Below, one piece after another: positions 28,788 to 42,700 of a stretch of DNA of 64,000 nt. The stretch comes from Laetmonice hystrix (lineage: Eukaryota), in the NCBI GenBank assembly GCA_965235115.1, contig OZ249436.1, forward strand, positions 5,086,001-5,150,000, read 5' to 3'. The position numbers and the translations under genes are program-made. The notes under the pieces are model-generated. The model did no database searches. It was not told where the DNA came from and saw only the letters and a list, made by a program, of their open reading frames with translations. Each line of letters opens with the position of its first letter. Positions within the stretch are counted from its first letter, which is position 1.

Positions 28788-30716
28788 CAAGTTGCTTGGG
28801 TAGTCGTCACCCCATGTTATAAAACTTGTCCTTAAGCCGCCATTCGCGTATACTGCCCTGATCCAAAGTTTCACTGGTGTAGATTCCACTTTTAACAATC
28901 AGCACTGGGCAGTTGTCTACTCAATATTAATGTTGGACTGCCGTAACCTGCCTTTCTTGTGCTCTAATCTAAACTCAAAGAGTAGGTATTCCTCCATGTT
29001 CAGACTCTTTAGTACAGCCCCACATTCCTGTTGAAATGGCTAGCACTAGAAAAGATACCGTTTGTGTTACATGAATGGTAATAAGGACAGAACCTTGATG
29101 TTAATGTTGTTGGTAATTGGCTTGCTACGAGCAGTGACCTGGACGTATTTTTGGGGTACATATGTATGTGCAAACCTTGGTTTTGTCGCCAGTGGCCATA
29201 GGTAGGTGTTTAACGAGGTTAACTGGACTTGCATTCAGACATTAATTATCAGGGATACAAGTTGATGTCAAGGGTTTCCCCCGGTGTTGTTTTTGCGGAA
29301 AGCAAATGTTTTGATCGGCTTATAACAGGTATAAAGCTGTGCATTAAGGGGCCAGTAGCACGTGTTTTTAAAGTATTTGGACATCTCAAATGTAAAGACA
29401 GAGGCGCGTTGTTGTATAGGAACCACCCCGGTAATTGTAAAGTTCATTTTATATATATACTGATACCTACCATGTGAAAGAATCGTCCAGAAACCGCTGA
29501 AACATTAGACATGATGTTAGATGTCAGTGGATCAGTAGTTTCCGCAGCGTGTTGCTCTGGTGCCTGCCATATAATGTAAGACGGAAGGTAACAGTTCTAC
29601 CGATTGTGTTAAGAATTTCCCCCTGTGATGATAAGTTGCCTTGGGAATGGAAATTGTTAAAAACATTTCTCAGCTAAGGTGTGAAACATTTCTCAGCTAA
29701 GGTGTGAAACATTTGTTGGTGTAGGAATACCAAGAGCAAAATGCCTTACTATTATCATACAAAACTAGGACCTGGATGGTGAAATTTACGGTGGAAGTGG
29801 TCTTGAAGAATTTTCTACACTGGTTTTAGTCTTGATCTGATATATCAACTGCTGGAGAACCTCAGAAATAACAAAAGGTTGGAAGAAGGGGGCTGGAGAG
29901 CATTTTGGATAGTTTTTTAAACATGACAAAAGCGAAAATTATATAATTGCATACTGTACAAACTGGTGACGAGAGGCACGAAGTAACTGGTGGCCTTGGC
30001 ATAGTTGGATAGTGTGCTGCAGAGGTTGAGTATGTGGTAGTTCTGGATGGGATATACATAGGCAATTGTGTATTTTGGTTGAATCGGTGTGTGTTAGTAT
30101 TTTCACATTCCCACTATTTTTATTCCTGGACAAAGAAGCATCTTGAGGTACTCCTTGGAAAGGATGAGGCGGTCACAAAGTGACAGACTGTTAGAACTTT
30201 ATATTTAGAGACACATGCAAAAGGAAGATTGAATGGAAAAATCGACATTAAGTGTGAGCGACTGCTACGATTAGGACGAGTTGTTGTACACGACTGCAGA
30301 TTGCACCCACCCGTAAAAGGAGACACATGTACGTTGTATATGAAAGGAATCCTGTTAACTGTACCAACAATAATTGAAGTGCCAGTAGGCCTTTGTTGAA
30401 TAGTGTGTTGTATAGATCTATGTATCGACCCGTTTTGATCCAGGAGCAAATCTTTGCCCCCTGGTTTCTTGTTTTGGCCGGTAACCCATTCTACGACGAG
30501 AATCAGTTTTCTCAATGAAACTTGAAATTTGGCGTAGAAGGTTTTGGCACTCTACTTGGTAACTCTCAGGACTTGAAATTATCGGGGTCTAAAACAGGCT
30601 GGTAGAAATATATCTTGCAGCTGCTACGTGGGGCGGGGGAGGGATGGTAATAATCTGTGACAACTTTAAAAACCTGGTTGGCAAACTGATTTTTGTCGGT
30701 TCCATTTTAGGCAGGC

Positions 30717-30846
30717 TTCAGCTATGAGAGGGAAAGATAAGTGGAAAATTCAGCTATGAGAGGGGAAGATAAGTGGAGAATTCAGCTATAAGAGGGAAAG
30801 ATAAGTGGAGAATTCAGCTATGAGAGGGAAAGATAAGTGGAGAATT
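30717..30846. repeat. 32-bp tandem repeat, 4 copies
   Basis: Unit TTCAGCTATGAGAGGGAAAGATAAGTGGAGAA. Confidence 0.9.
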
Positions 30847-31610
30847 TGAAACCATACAAACCAACACATCGTTCCGGTGACATTACCTTTATGAAGGAAA
30901 CCCAAGCTGGCCAAAAGACGGGCCACTTGGTTAGACATACTTATTTTGTCCTTGTCAGTCATTAATGTGACCAAAACTAGGTGCACCCACCTCTGAGTTG
31001 TGGAAGCAGCTCTTGTAGACAGTGTAGGTATTTTTGATTGCTGAGTCCAGAGTATTAGGTGCCATTTTTCCGCAAGGTTTGCTGAAGAAGAAATAACTTG
31101 GAATGGGAAGTCAGTGCTCCTGCTGGTATCAGACCAAACTTTAACATTGTATCGTTTTTGCCAGCAAATGTCTGGTGCAACGTGTGACATGCCAAGGTGA
31201 CTAACCTTTAAAAACAAATAAACCCAGTAACTGGAATTTATGATATTGCTAAATTACAGCTGACTGTGAGAGTTAAGGAGAAGCTAATCTTTTGTCATTC
31301 TTACATCTATGATCCAAGTAGGAACTACTTACGTTATAATGTTGGTCATTCTGAACTATATTGAGCAATCGTATAGTTTTTCAGCGTCATCTGTTGAGTC
31401 TTCATTTCCCATGGGTAATTGTATACAGATCATCAGTAGTCATTCTTATACTGAGACTAGTATTGATTATTAAAGCGAACATTTTATCGATAGCAATTTG
31501 TGATAAATATTTTGAATGAGAAAAGCATCTGAAAACAGATGAGTGTAGATTTGATAGGAATGCGGTTATACGAAAAGAGAATGTTCCTATAAATGCATAT
31601 CTATTTGCAC

Positions 31611-31661
31611 AATAAAGGGTCAGAAGAAATCATCATAATTAGGTGGTGTTGTGTTTGTTTG
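31611..31661 (+). terminator. Candidate polyadenylation signal, possibly the distal PTEN 3' end
   Basis: AATAAA at 31611 followed about 25 nt later by the GU-rich GGTGGTGTTGTGTTTGTTTG; about 500 bp upstream of the ATAD1 start. Confidence 0.4.
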
Positions 31662-32094
31662 CAATCCTTCCATCTTTTAATTATTTTGAGTAAGACGGCA
31701 ATAAGGCTGGGTAGGAAACCATCGTTCCATGGTTAGTCTATCATACATTAAAAACTCCATTCAAAATGCATTCATATTATAGGTGAAAGGCATAAAACGA
31801 TCCAGTAATTTAAAATTATCGATGGATTTATCTAATGGGATAAATGGATCTACTACAACAGACGGCAATGACCAAGTAGTTTTAATCAAGAAAGTCAAGG
31901 CGTTGGGCATTTACTTTAAGTTTAATCGATGCTTCTGGCTTTGAGTAAAAAAAAAGCAAAAACGGGGAAGCTTTTTTGAGTATGGGTATTATGACACGTC
32001 AATGACCCGATGATATGATCAGAATACTATAAATAATAGTGGAACAAAAATGTTGAGATTTTGACGAGAGCCAAACCGCTGATGACACTCTCCG

Positions 32095-32112
32095 GTGCGC
32101 CATCTGGTGGTG
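32095..32112 (-). promoter_or_regulatory. CTCF-like motif in the ATAD1 promoter
   Basis: Reverse complement CACCACCAGATGGCGCAC matches the CCACYAGRKGGCRS core. Confidence 0.45.
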
Positions 32113-32137
32113 AACGGTTAAACTAGGCTTGGCCAAT

Positions 32138-35100
32138 ATGGCCGCCTCCATGATGTTGCAAGAAGTCGGTGGTAAAGTCGTGGACCCGTTAATAGATAAG
32201 CTTCGTTATTTGATGGGCACTGGTGACCAGAATATTGTGTTGGAGTACACAGCAGGGGAAGGGCGTACGGTGTTCGGTAATATGACCCGACAAGAGCTCG
32301 TGGCGAAGCTGGTGTCGACTTGTTTAGGTCTTGCCGTCTCGTTCACCATCACCTATTTCGGGTTCAAGTACCTCAGCAACGTGCTCGACCCAACGCGCGA
32401 GGAGAAGAAACAGGCACAGAAAAGGGTAGGTCTTCATTAACCTAATTAGGAAGGCAGATTCATCAATTTCATCAATATACACTGCCGTATAATTACCAAG
32501 CTCCTCGTCCAATCTGAGCAGTCGGATTGGATCAGGTGCCTGTTCATAAGTTTTTTTTTACGCTGACACCGTCACTCGGAACACGTCTAGATCTAGTTCT
32601 AGAACTGGCCACCAGGTTCGAAAGGGTCAAGGGTCAAGCTGTTCCTCAATAAAAATAATTACCGTATATGTCCCTTTAGCCGCGCATGTGCATGTACAGA
32701 AAAGCAGTGCGCGGCAATAGGGAGGTTGCTCCGGGAGCTTACAAAATTTTACACTAGGTGGCGCGTCAAATACGGGTTTCCGGCCTGGCCAGCTTGTGTG
32801 AAAAAATGCGGGGGTGCGCGGCAAATAGGTAGTGTGCGGCTAAAGGGACATATACGGTAACTTAAAGATGAAATAGTGATATTACTAATAGTAGGCCCCC
32901 TATCATCTTAATTAATGGTTTATGGTAGAGAGTGCAGAATCTGGGTATATATTTTCTTTTTGGGGGGGGGGGGGGCTGGGGCAGCCGATATCTCCCACTT
33001 TCTGCATACCCTCAATTCAGATTTACTCCCCTCAAATTTGCTGCCTTCAAACTGGCACTTTTATTCAAAAGCCAAATTTAAAGAGTAAAGTCTGCTTGTA
33101 AATTGCCCTTTAAATTGCCCTTAAAATGAGTCTTTACTCTGGGGGTCCCAATGATCAGGTGATATTTATCAAGTTGGTAATTGAAAATAGTCTTCTATGC
33201 ATGCACAGATTACAGATTACACATGTACTAATTACCTTATCATGCTTTTTTGTTTCAGGCTGAAATTTTAATGAAAAAAATTGGTTTGACTGGAGTTAAG
33301 GTACAGTTGTCTTATCATTTCTTTATAATAATGGAAAGCAGCATTTCTAACAGCTGTCGGAGACCAAAACCTGTAATCTGACGACTACCTCTTTAGTACA
33401 AGAATAGGGATCAGTGAGACAGGGCTGTTCAGAGTTGTTAGTAATGTAAACACTGAATCTTACAGCGTGATCTTACTTTGTAAACACTGAATCTTACAGC
33501 GTGATCTTACTTTGTAAACACTGAATCTTACAGCGTGATCTTACTTTGTAAACACTGAATCTTACAGCGTGATCTTACTTTGTAAACACTGAATCTTACA
33601 GCGTGATCTTACTTTGTAAACACTGAATCTTACAGCGTGATCTTACTTTGTAAACACTGAATCTTACAGCGTGATCTTACTTTGTAAACACTGAATCTTA
33701 CAGCATGATCTTACTTTGTAAACACTGAATCTTACAGCGTGATCTTACTTTGTAAACACTGAATCTTACAGTGTGATCTTACTTTGTAAACACTGAATCT
33801 TACAGTGTGATCTTAATTTGTATTCAAACCTCCCCATGTCATGACAATGTAAAAATTCACCATTGTTTCTTTCTTACAGCTCAGTGAATATGAGTTATGC
33901 ATTGCATCCAACCTTGTTGACCCCCTTGCCATGGAGACTTCATGGGAAGATATTGGAGGCATGAATGATGTGATCAGTGAAGTACGGGAAACAGTCATCC
34001 TTCCTTTTTCCTGTCAGAAATACTTCACAGAATCCACCCTACTTCAGCCCCCAAAAGGTTGGGAATCACTTAGCATATTGTATCTATAATAGGTTAGACT
34101 GGTCAGGGGAAATGAATTCGGTGAAATAAGACTTAGTTAAAGGTAAAATGGTATATTATTTTAAAAGCATTGCCCAAATATCAGTTGTTCTCTTTTGAAC
34201 GAGAATGTGTGATTTGAAAATTAGTCTGGCTTGTTTAAATGTTACAGTGAATTAAATTTCATGGCAAGCAACATGGCAAGCAAATAATTTTGACAATTCT
34301 GTGTTTTAGGTGTTTTGTTGTATGGCCCCCCAGGATGTGGGAAGACAATGATAGCAAAGGCTATGGCCAAGGATTCAGGTGGGCCAAACCTACATTGAAA
34401 GATCATCATAACATTTTACTTGGTTCAGTGCCTTAAGCTACTTGACTGCGTGCCTCACTGAAGTGGATTTTGAAAAGATTGAGATGGCAGGCAGAGATGT
34501 TTTCAATAAAGATAAAAGGTCACACCAAAATTCATCAAATAGATAAGCAGTGAATGCATGATGCTTTTTTATTGTATGTGATTTTTTGTATAGTACACAT
34601 ACATGTATGTAAATGTGGAATATCTTTGTCACATGTTCTTGTTTATAATTTGCCATTCCTAAATTGTACGTTTGTCTTCAGATGCTCGGTTTATCAACCT
34701 GTCCGTTTCAACATTAGTAGACAAATGGTATGGGGAATCACAAAAAAGGGCTGAGGCTGTCTTCTCCTTGGTAGGTGACATTTTTATATTTGGGGGAAGA
34801 GCAGAGGTTCGATTAAATTACTGAAAGATGAATTATATAAAGATGTTTTAAAAAACAATTTTCTGGTTAAAATATTTCATTCCTTGCTCATTCTAGAAAA
34901 TGGCAGTCTCTAGAGCTAATTACAATGTATTTCATGTATTTTAATATCTGTTTTCAGGCTGTGAAAATACAACCTACAATTATTTTCATCGATGAAATAG
35001 GTAAGTCATATCATTCAAGCAAATTAATACTTCATAGCAATAGTAAAATCGATAAGCTAATTAAATCGGGCATTGATGCCATTCCACAAATTGTATATAT

Positions 35101-36502
35101 CGACAATAGAAATTGCGATAAACCTGTGACTTTTGCATTAATTTCATGGTAATTGGTCCAAAAGTTTTGGTTTAGGTAATATTTATTCAGAAGCCCCATG
35201 TAACTTTCTGGTCATGCAGTATGTAGCCAATTTCCCAGCTTATTTGTTAATTAATTATCCCAGGGTTTGCAATAATAGTCTTGACCATCATAAGTGCTGT
35301 CTCCCAGATTCATTTCTGAGATCACGAACCTGCAATGACCATGAGGCAACAGCTATGATCAAGACACAGTTCATGAGTTTCTGGGACGGCCTCATGACAG
35401 ATCCCAAGTGTAAGATTATGATTGTTGGCGCCTCAAATCGGCCGCAGGACATCGATGCAGCGATCCTGCGACGTATGCCAAGCATGTTTCATGTACCATT
35501 ACCGGTGAGAGTCTGAATATGTATCTAATAAACAGATAGTGAACAAGGCCAGGCCTCTGGCATCAGATCGGAATTAGAAACTTGACTTACTTCATTTGTA
35601 AGCAAAATAAGTGTTTCTTTGCCCTTGTGGGTCCTTAGTTGAGGAGAGAAACGGCTCTGTTGTAAAAATGTTTGAAATAATTAGGATCAAGACTGAGCAT
35701 CCCTATTGTTTTATTTACTTTTAGAATGCCATGCAAAGAAAACATATTATCCACCTCATACTGGAAGGAGATCATGTAAGTATAAAGAATGTTAAATTGT
35801 TAAGATTGCTGATTTGGAAAAATATTGTACATAGAAAACAAGAATAGAAACAAAAAGAACTGACACATGACATCCCGTGCCTCTGAAGATCTTATTTCAG
35901 TTTCTGAATCTGAATATTTAATTCAACAAAAGCAAAGGTAACAAATATATTGTATTTCTTTAAGGATTTATTTGTATTTTGAAATCTACAGGTCACAGAG
36001 GATGTTGATCTTGATGTGGTTGCTCGGGAAACTGAGGGTTTCTCAGGCAGTGACTTGAGGGAACTATGTCGCAATGCTGCCATATATCGTCTGAGAGATT
36101 TTGCAAGGAATAAACGTCATCAAGAAAATGATTTGTAAGTTGGAATTTAAATATAATAGAGAAGTCTATTAGAGAATTAGAATAGCATATATTGTTGCGA
36201 AAAGACTGTCTTCTTGAAACTAATACGTCTGTGTAGCTGTATAGTTCCTGTGTGTGGAATTGTACTGATAACATTTCTAGGAGTTGTGAGAATGACCTAG
36301 ATACTTCCATGAGATATCTGTAACTGATACTCCGAGTGTAAGACGGAACGAGTGGTAATAATAACAATATATTTGTTACAGAGAGACGTCAGGTGGCCAG
36401 CTACGTGCTCTCACAATGGATGACTTACACACTGCACTCGCCAAGATTCGGCAATCAAAACTTATAAACCTTGTCGCAGCCCAGCAGATTGCGCTGGACT
36501 GA
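32138..36502 (+). CDS. ATAD1: ATAD1/Msp1/thorase AAA+ membrane-protein dislocase, 10 exons, 406 aa
   Basis: Exons 32138-32425, 33259-33300, 33880-34057, 34310-34378, 34682-34770, 34958-35000, 35308-35504, 35725-35775, 35992-36134 and 36382-36502 total 1221 nt. N-terminal TM helix then LDPTR; Walker A GPPGCGKT; pore loop DKWYGESQK; Walker [59 protein letters not shown]; ends IALD*. Confidence 0.95.
32662..32857. mobile_element. Tc1/mariner-pogo-type MITE with a TA TSD
   Basis: TA-CCGTATATGTCCCTTTAGCCGC...GCGGCTAAAGGGACATATACGG-TA; a second, inverted copy lies at 44604-44795. Confidence 0.85.
33446..33820. repeat. 34-bp minisatellite, 11 copies, in ATAD1 intron 2
   Basis: Unit GTAAACACTGAATCTTACAGCGTGATCTTACTTT. 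Confidence 0.95.
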
Positions 36503-38434
36503 GCCACTGAATCTGGCTCCAAGTGGGTTTTTAATTCTTGAACACAGCTTGGCATTTTGTCATCCTATCTAATCTTGTGCTGTGTTGTTGTTGAAGTGAG
36601 GACTGGTGCGATGGTGCTGCCACCGTGCGGAACAAGATTTTATGAGTCGCCCATTGTCTTCATATGAAGACCCTATCATGAAGTTCAGGACTGTCGGTAA
36701 ATTAGTTCTAAGAGATATAATGCCTTTGAAAGTTGTGGCTGGTATCCCGACTAAAAAGCAAAAAAGAAATTCCTTTATTCAAAACATTTTTACGTGTATA
36801 TAATGGTAGGATATTACAGGAAGTGAAAGTGTGTAAGAGTTCAATGTAATGGTTTAAAGGTTTGATTGAGTGTCTGTACGGTGTGAATAGGTGATATTTG
36901 GTGACCCAGGGAACTGTATAAACGCAAGATTTTGTGCCAAGATATTGTCGTCTAAGATACTTCTAAATCCGAGGAGACAACATAAGGGGGTCCTTGACGT
37001 TCTTTGCCAAAAAAATACTGCGTTTTTATTGATTTTTTTGTAACTTTTTGTTGGCATCCCAAATGTACCGTAAGTAATATTGTGTAGATTGCTGCAGGTC
37101 TGTTTGTGTAGGTGAACAATGTTAAGTTGGTGAAGGTGACGGGCAGGTCATGCCTGGCAGCTGTTAATACCACATTCTACAGTGTCCCCAAACACTTGTT
37201 CATTCTAGTCTACTGTGATACACTGGCTGGTAAAAACACAGGTTTCCCATCATTAAATGTGTCCAACAAAAGTTTGTGTATATAGCCACCAATTGTGAAA
37301 AAACATTTTTTTTTTGGCCTGGCTAAAGACATGGTCACTCTTGATAATAATGGCGAACTGAAGCTATAAAACAACTGTCAAAGATTTCATGAATAATTAG
37401 ACGAATAATATTTAATGTAACAAATATAAAGTACATTTCAATATGTTAAAGAGGCACAATCACACTTTCGAAGAGCTTTTGAATCTTTTCTGAAATATAC
37501 TTCCACAGCCTGCCAACATTATTACCATTTTTTTGCATAGCAACGTTCAGTGTACACCGAAACTCACTTTGGGGGCTGCCAGTAAATTGATTACAGGCCA
37601 AGCAACGCTATTTTCAGGGTAGGAATATTTCTTTCAGATCTCTTTACAATACCATATAAGAAAAACGCAAAGTCAGTCGAAAAATTGTGCTCTTTTAAGG
37701 TCAATTTGGCATGCATTAAAAAAGTTCCCATCTTTCAGATGTTCAAATGGTACAAAAGTTGACTAAAATCCGAGAGTGATATGTTGTAATGTGATATTGA
37801 TGGACACATTATTTAGTTGGTACAGGTGAACAAGGAATGTATCGGTGAGTACAATGTATTATGCTAGCAGAGTTATCACCATGTGATCTAATAATGATTG
37901 AACTTGTCCTGGGAGTGACCACGGACTGACCTGGCCCAGTGTCTTTAAAGGTTGTAACTTTTTCACATGCTTCGTCTGATACTAGATGCCATCCATTAAT
38001 TTATTCACATTTTTCCGTCAGTCAGGGAAATGCTAATATAATAAAAGATCTAAAATTTCCTTTAGGGTTTTAATTATTATTCAGTATATGAGATCTAAGA
38101 GTGGGTTTGGACTTTACCTCACCCCGCTAACTACCCCCCCCCCCCCTCCAGGAAGAGATATGCCCCACCCTCCCCAATTCATTGACATTTCTGCTGTTGA
38201 TATTTCAAAAATTGCCAAGGGGAAAAAAGTAAAGCAAACAGTTTTATTATTGGGTTCTACAGAATACTGAAACGTGATTGGTCAGTTCTTTCTCAATATA
38301 AAGCTGTACTACGGAGATGATCGAGGGTTAAACGTCCCAGCACTGGTATTTCATGTATTAGGCCTACATGTTTGACGTCACCGGAGGGGACTCTATTACT
38401 TGGTAGCCTCGTTTTGAAAACTAAATAATTAAAT

Positions 38435-38572
38435 CGTCATCCCATGTCTGATAACGTAATAGGAAAATATACCATAGAACGTGTAACACGTTCTATGAAT
38501 ATTCCTACATTCAGGTCCCGTACCCCTTCCGGTAGGTATATTTCCCTATTACGTTATCAGACATGGGATCAC
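38435..38572. repeat. About 35-bp inverted repeat, probable non-autonomous element remnant
   Basis: ATCCCATGTCTGATAACGTAATAGGAAAATATACC...GGTATATTTCCCTATTACGTTATCAGACATGGGAT. Confidence 0.6.
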
Positions 38573-39094
38573 CGATAGTATGAAGGCAGGAGCTATGCCC
38601 TGAGCAGCTGGAATGGGTTATCTAATCAAATCTTTATCTAATCTTTACCGGTAATCTTACCTAACATGATTTGCCACAACGAAACTTATTCATCTTTTGC
38701 CATTTGTTTTTAAATACTTTTAATATGATCAAATGTACATAATCTTTTACCTGCAGCATGTAAAAATATTTTTATACAAGGGTTTTATTGATGTACATAT
38801 AAATATTTCTGGTCTCCCTACATTATACACTTATCGCGCAGATGATCGTGACAATTGATACAAAATCAGAGTAAGAAATATTTCTCCTTAATCCAATCTT
38901 GGTTATCAGTAATTGGATGTATAAATACCTAACAATCTGATCTGTATAATTGACAAGATTTTCACATATTTACCACCACCCGTTTTCAGGGCGGTGGTAA
39001 ACGAGAGAAGAGTTCGTGGGATGTAGGTTGACAAACAAATATTGGTTATCATTAGTGACAGTAGTCATTTCAAACCAGGACTAAAAATTCCCTG

Positions 39095-39357
39095 GGCCCG
39101 GTTTTTTTGTTTACTTTTCCACCGTGAGCAAGGGTGAGCTGAGCTGAGCAAGGGTGAGCAAAAGCTCATGCTCACCGTTTTGCTCACTGTTTTCGTTTTT
39201 TGGGGTGTTTTTCCGTGAGGTTGCTCACCATGAGCACGCCTCATGGGAAAAAGCAACCAAAAAAAACGCAAAAACGGCGAGAATGAGCTCATGCTCACCC
39301 TTGCTCAGCTCAGCTCACCCTTGCTCACGGTGGAAAAGTAAACAAAAAAACCGGGCC
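39095..39357. mobile_element. Foldback PIF/Harbinger-like MITE with TIRs of about 90 bp and a CTG TSD
   Basis: CTG-GGCCCGGTTTTTTTGTTTACTTTTCCACCGTGAGCAAGGGTGAGC...GCTCACCCTTGCTCACGGTGGAAAAGTAAACAAAAAAACCGGGCC-CTG. Confidence 0.85.
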
Positions 39358-39727
39358 CTGGTCTCACTGCCATCTGATATCCTACCAAATCACACAATGT
39401 AAAATATCCATCATTTTAATAACTTAATATTCAAACTCAAGTAAAGTTATATTACAACACAATTCACAATCACAGTCTATGATTTGTAATCTTATGCGAA
39501 TATCAATATGAAGTGAAAAAGTTTATTTCAAGTTTGAAATGTCCACTTTCTGTAAAGAATGGTTGTCGCCCGGCAGTTGTCAGGACAGGATTGAAGTGAT
39601 ATATACAATGACATTGTAAGACGCCAACTTTTGCTCGCGGCTTGAGGTGTGTCAAGTTTCACACATTTTCCCAATTCTACACTGCCCCCTGGGGGCCACA
39701 TACAAAGTCGTCTGTGCACAGCGCCCT

Positions 39728-42700
39728 CTAGCAGCCAGTGACCGACTGGTAGGGTGGGTGAGGGGCTATAGGGGGGATGGGCCTCGTCTCTCCCAGGGGT
39801 TTGACTACTGGCGTACTTTGACCTATTAGTTCTGAAACCATCACTGTTGGCAGGGCAGCCTTCATCCGTACTGGGTGGAGACTCCGCTGGGCTGCTGCTG
39901 CAATCATATCTGCATTTCTGGGATGCTGCAACAAAAAGAAATAAAAAGCATTTTAATTCATTTATTATTACATGTACCACTGTATAATACCAGGCAATCA
40001 GAGGAATTTTGTGCAGCATTCCAGTTTGAACTGAATACAAAAAGGAAATTAGAGAGTTTTAGTCCACCTGTCACATATATTACATAAAGGACTGACCTGT
40101 TTGGGGCCCTTCCTGACCCGATCTCCTTCCTTCACAACAACACCTGGGGCAAGCTCCATCACTTCAAGCTATAACCAAGGAAACACAGCTTTTGAAAGTA
40201 CATTCATGATCAACAGCGTTACTTTCAGTCCTAACATTACACTAGCCAAGTAGAGCATGAAAATCTCGCTTCAAAAACTCTGCGATAGTAATTAATTTGG
40301 TAACATGGCTTTGTGATTGATTGATTAAACTTTGATTGATTGAACTTACCAAAGGTGGAGGCAGGGGTGTTACCCCATCCTTCACGTGACCCATGGGCTG
40401 GGGACCAGGGGGTGCCACAACACAACTCCCATTTACGGCAGGATCTTCAAACAAATCAAACATTTTTTAATACGCTTCACAACCAGTACAATGAATGTAA
40501 CATAAAGAGGTGATCATCTGTTTCCATGATTAACTTACTTGAGATGTGAACAATTCGTGAAGATGCCTTTGGTTTCTGCCTCACTTGGAGGGAAGGTTTT
40601 GTACGCCGTCCAGTCCGCATTGCCTCCAACCGTGCTTGTCCTGCCTCAACGTCAGGATCAATAACTTGGAACCCAGTCTTTACCCTGTAATGTAATCCCT
40701 TAAAATTAAAACTCTTAGATGTGCCTAATTTATTTACACAAAAGTGGCATTTCTGACTTATTATATAGTCACCACTTTCTGCCCACAGCACCTCTCCGCT
40801 TGATGTGTTTACATACTGGAGCTGTATCAGTCTGTGTAAAAACCATGAACGAGGATCCAAACTCTTATAATACCTACACAATGTAAACGGCAATAGTTCT
40901 GTACAAATAAATCCTTCACAATTATGGTTACCATAACTCACGAAGTCCTGTAATATTACTGGTCTTTCTTACAAACCATAATGGAAGCAGGTAAAGTCTC
41001 TAACATTCTACTCCCACTGTCCTTCATAATTATGGTTACCGTAACTCACGATGGTAACATTACTGGTCTTTCTTACAAACCATAATGGAAGCAGGTAAAG
41101 TCTCTAACATTCTACTCCCACCGTCCTTCACAATTATGGTTACCGTAACTCACGATGGTAACATTAGTGGTCTTTCTTACAAACCATAATGGAAGCAGGT
41201 AAAGTCTCTAACATTCTACTCCCACCGTCCTTCACAATTATGGTTACCGTAACTCACGACGGTAACATTACTGGTCTTTCTTACAAACCATAATGGAAGC
41301 AGGTCTCCCACCGTCCACAATTATGGTTACCGTAACTCACGAAGTCCTGTAACATTACTGGTATTTCTTACAAACCATAATAGAAGCAGGTAAAATCTCT
41401 AACATTCTACTCCTACTGTCTTTGTGGTCTGCATTGCCTGACTGCCATAAGCTGCTTATACTTATAGAAAAGAATCTCTGTGACCAATGCCACAGCAGAG
41501 TATATTTAAGGGAATCATTTTTAACAAAGTAGGCACACTATTTCGATGGCGGACTGGTTTTTTTTTTGGGGTATTGTGCTCAATAACAGAAGTAGGGAGA
41601 AGAAGAGGATGTACAGAATGAGGGGGCTATGTTATGTAGATTTAGGGCAAGGGTAACCTTACTAAGGGGAAGATTAAAACGAAGGAAGACTCGGAGGTTG
41701 TGTACAGCTATGATTTTATGAGGGCCTAGCTACAGCACTAAGAATGGGAAGGTGACTCCGTGACAAGCTGCAGGAGGTGATAGGTTGGCTGGTGATTATA
41801 CGGTACAATAGCCATCATTGATTGATGTAGCACACATCTGTTACCTTTCATAGACATTACAAGGACCCCTTCTGGCGTAGTCCCTGGCAAAGGGGAGCAG
41901 GACGGGTCAAACAGCAATATTACCACAACCATTAGTCAATTAATAAGGACATTTACTATGTCAAAGGTACCAATAAACATGTTCAGAGAAATGCTGCATG
42001 GGTGTACACCCAGTCTCTTCTAGAGATACGGATAATTCAAGATGGCACCTTCTAAGATGGATTTGAAAAAGCCTCATTGATTTCAATCTAGCTTTGTAAT
42101 TTCTAGGACCAGGAAATATTCTATTGTTGATGACTTACCTGTGAGTTGGAAGTCTGCGAGGGTTAATCTTTGTCATTCCAACCACCTGGCCAGACTCGTC
42201 ATAGACTATATCACGGTTCCCTGGTGGACGGCCTGTCTGCACCTGATACAGCATGATTTTGGACGAGTACTGATACGCTGGACTGTGTACTTACTTTGCA
42301 TGTGATACACGTGTGATAGACAGTTCAAAGCAATAGATTTGCGGCTGCGGCAAAGCAACTGGCAGACACATCTCTCTGTGGACGTGTGGCTGCCAGCCCT
42401 GCAGAAAGTACTAATGTAGCTCAGGCTTAGTGATCAATCAAATGTCATCAGAAAATTTCAAACCAACATTAAAGACAACAAATTATTATGATATTTTTAG
42501 CAACCTGCTTAAAGGTAACCTGTGGGTACCTCACCACACCCACCAACAAGTTTTCTAATAAACACTCACTTTGACAATAGAATGACATGAGTCTGGCATC
42601 TGCATAACGACTGTGTCAGGCGTTTTGGGAGGTATAGGTGTCATCATCTCTATCATCTTTCTCATCTCGGTGTTATCCAGAGATTCAGAGAGGTTACCGA

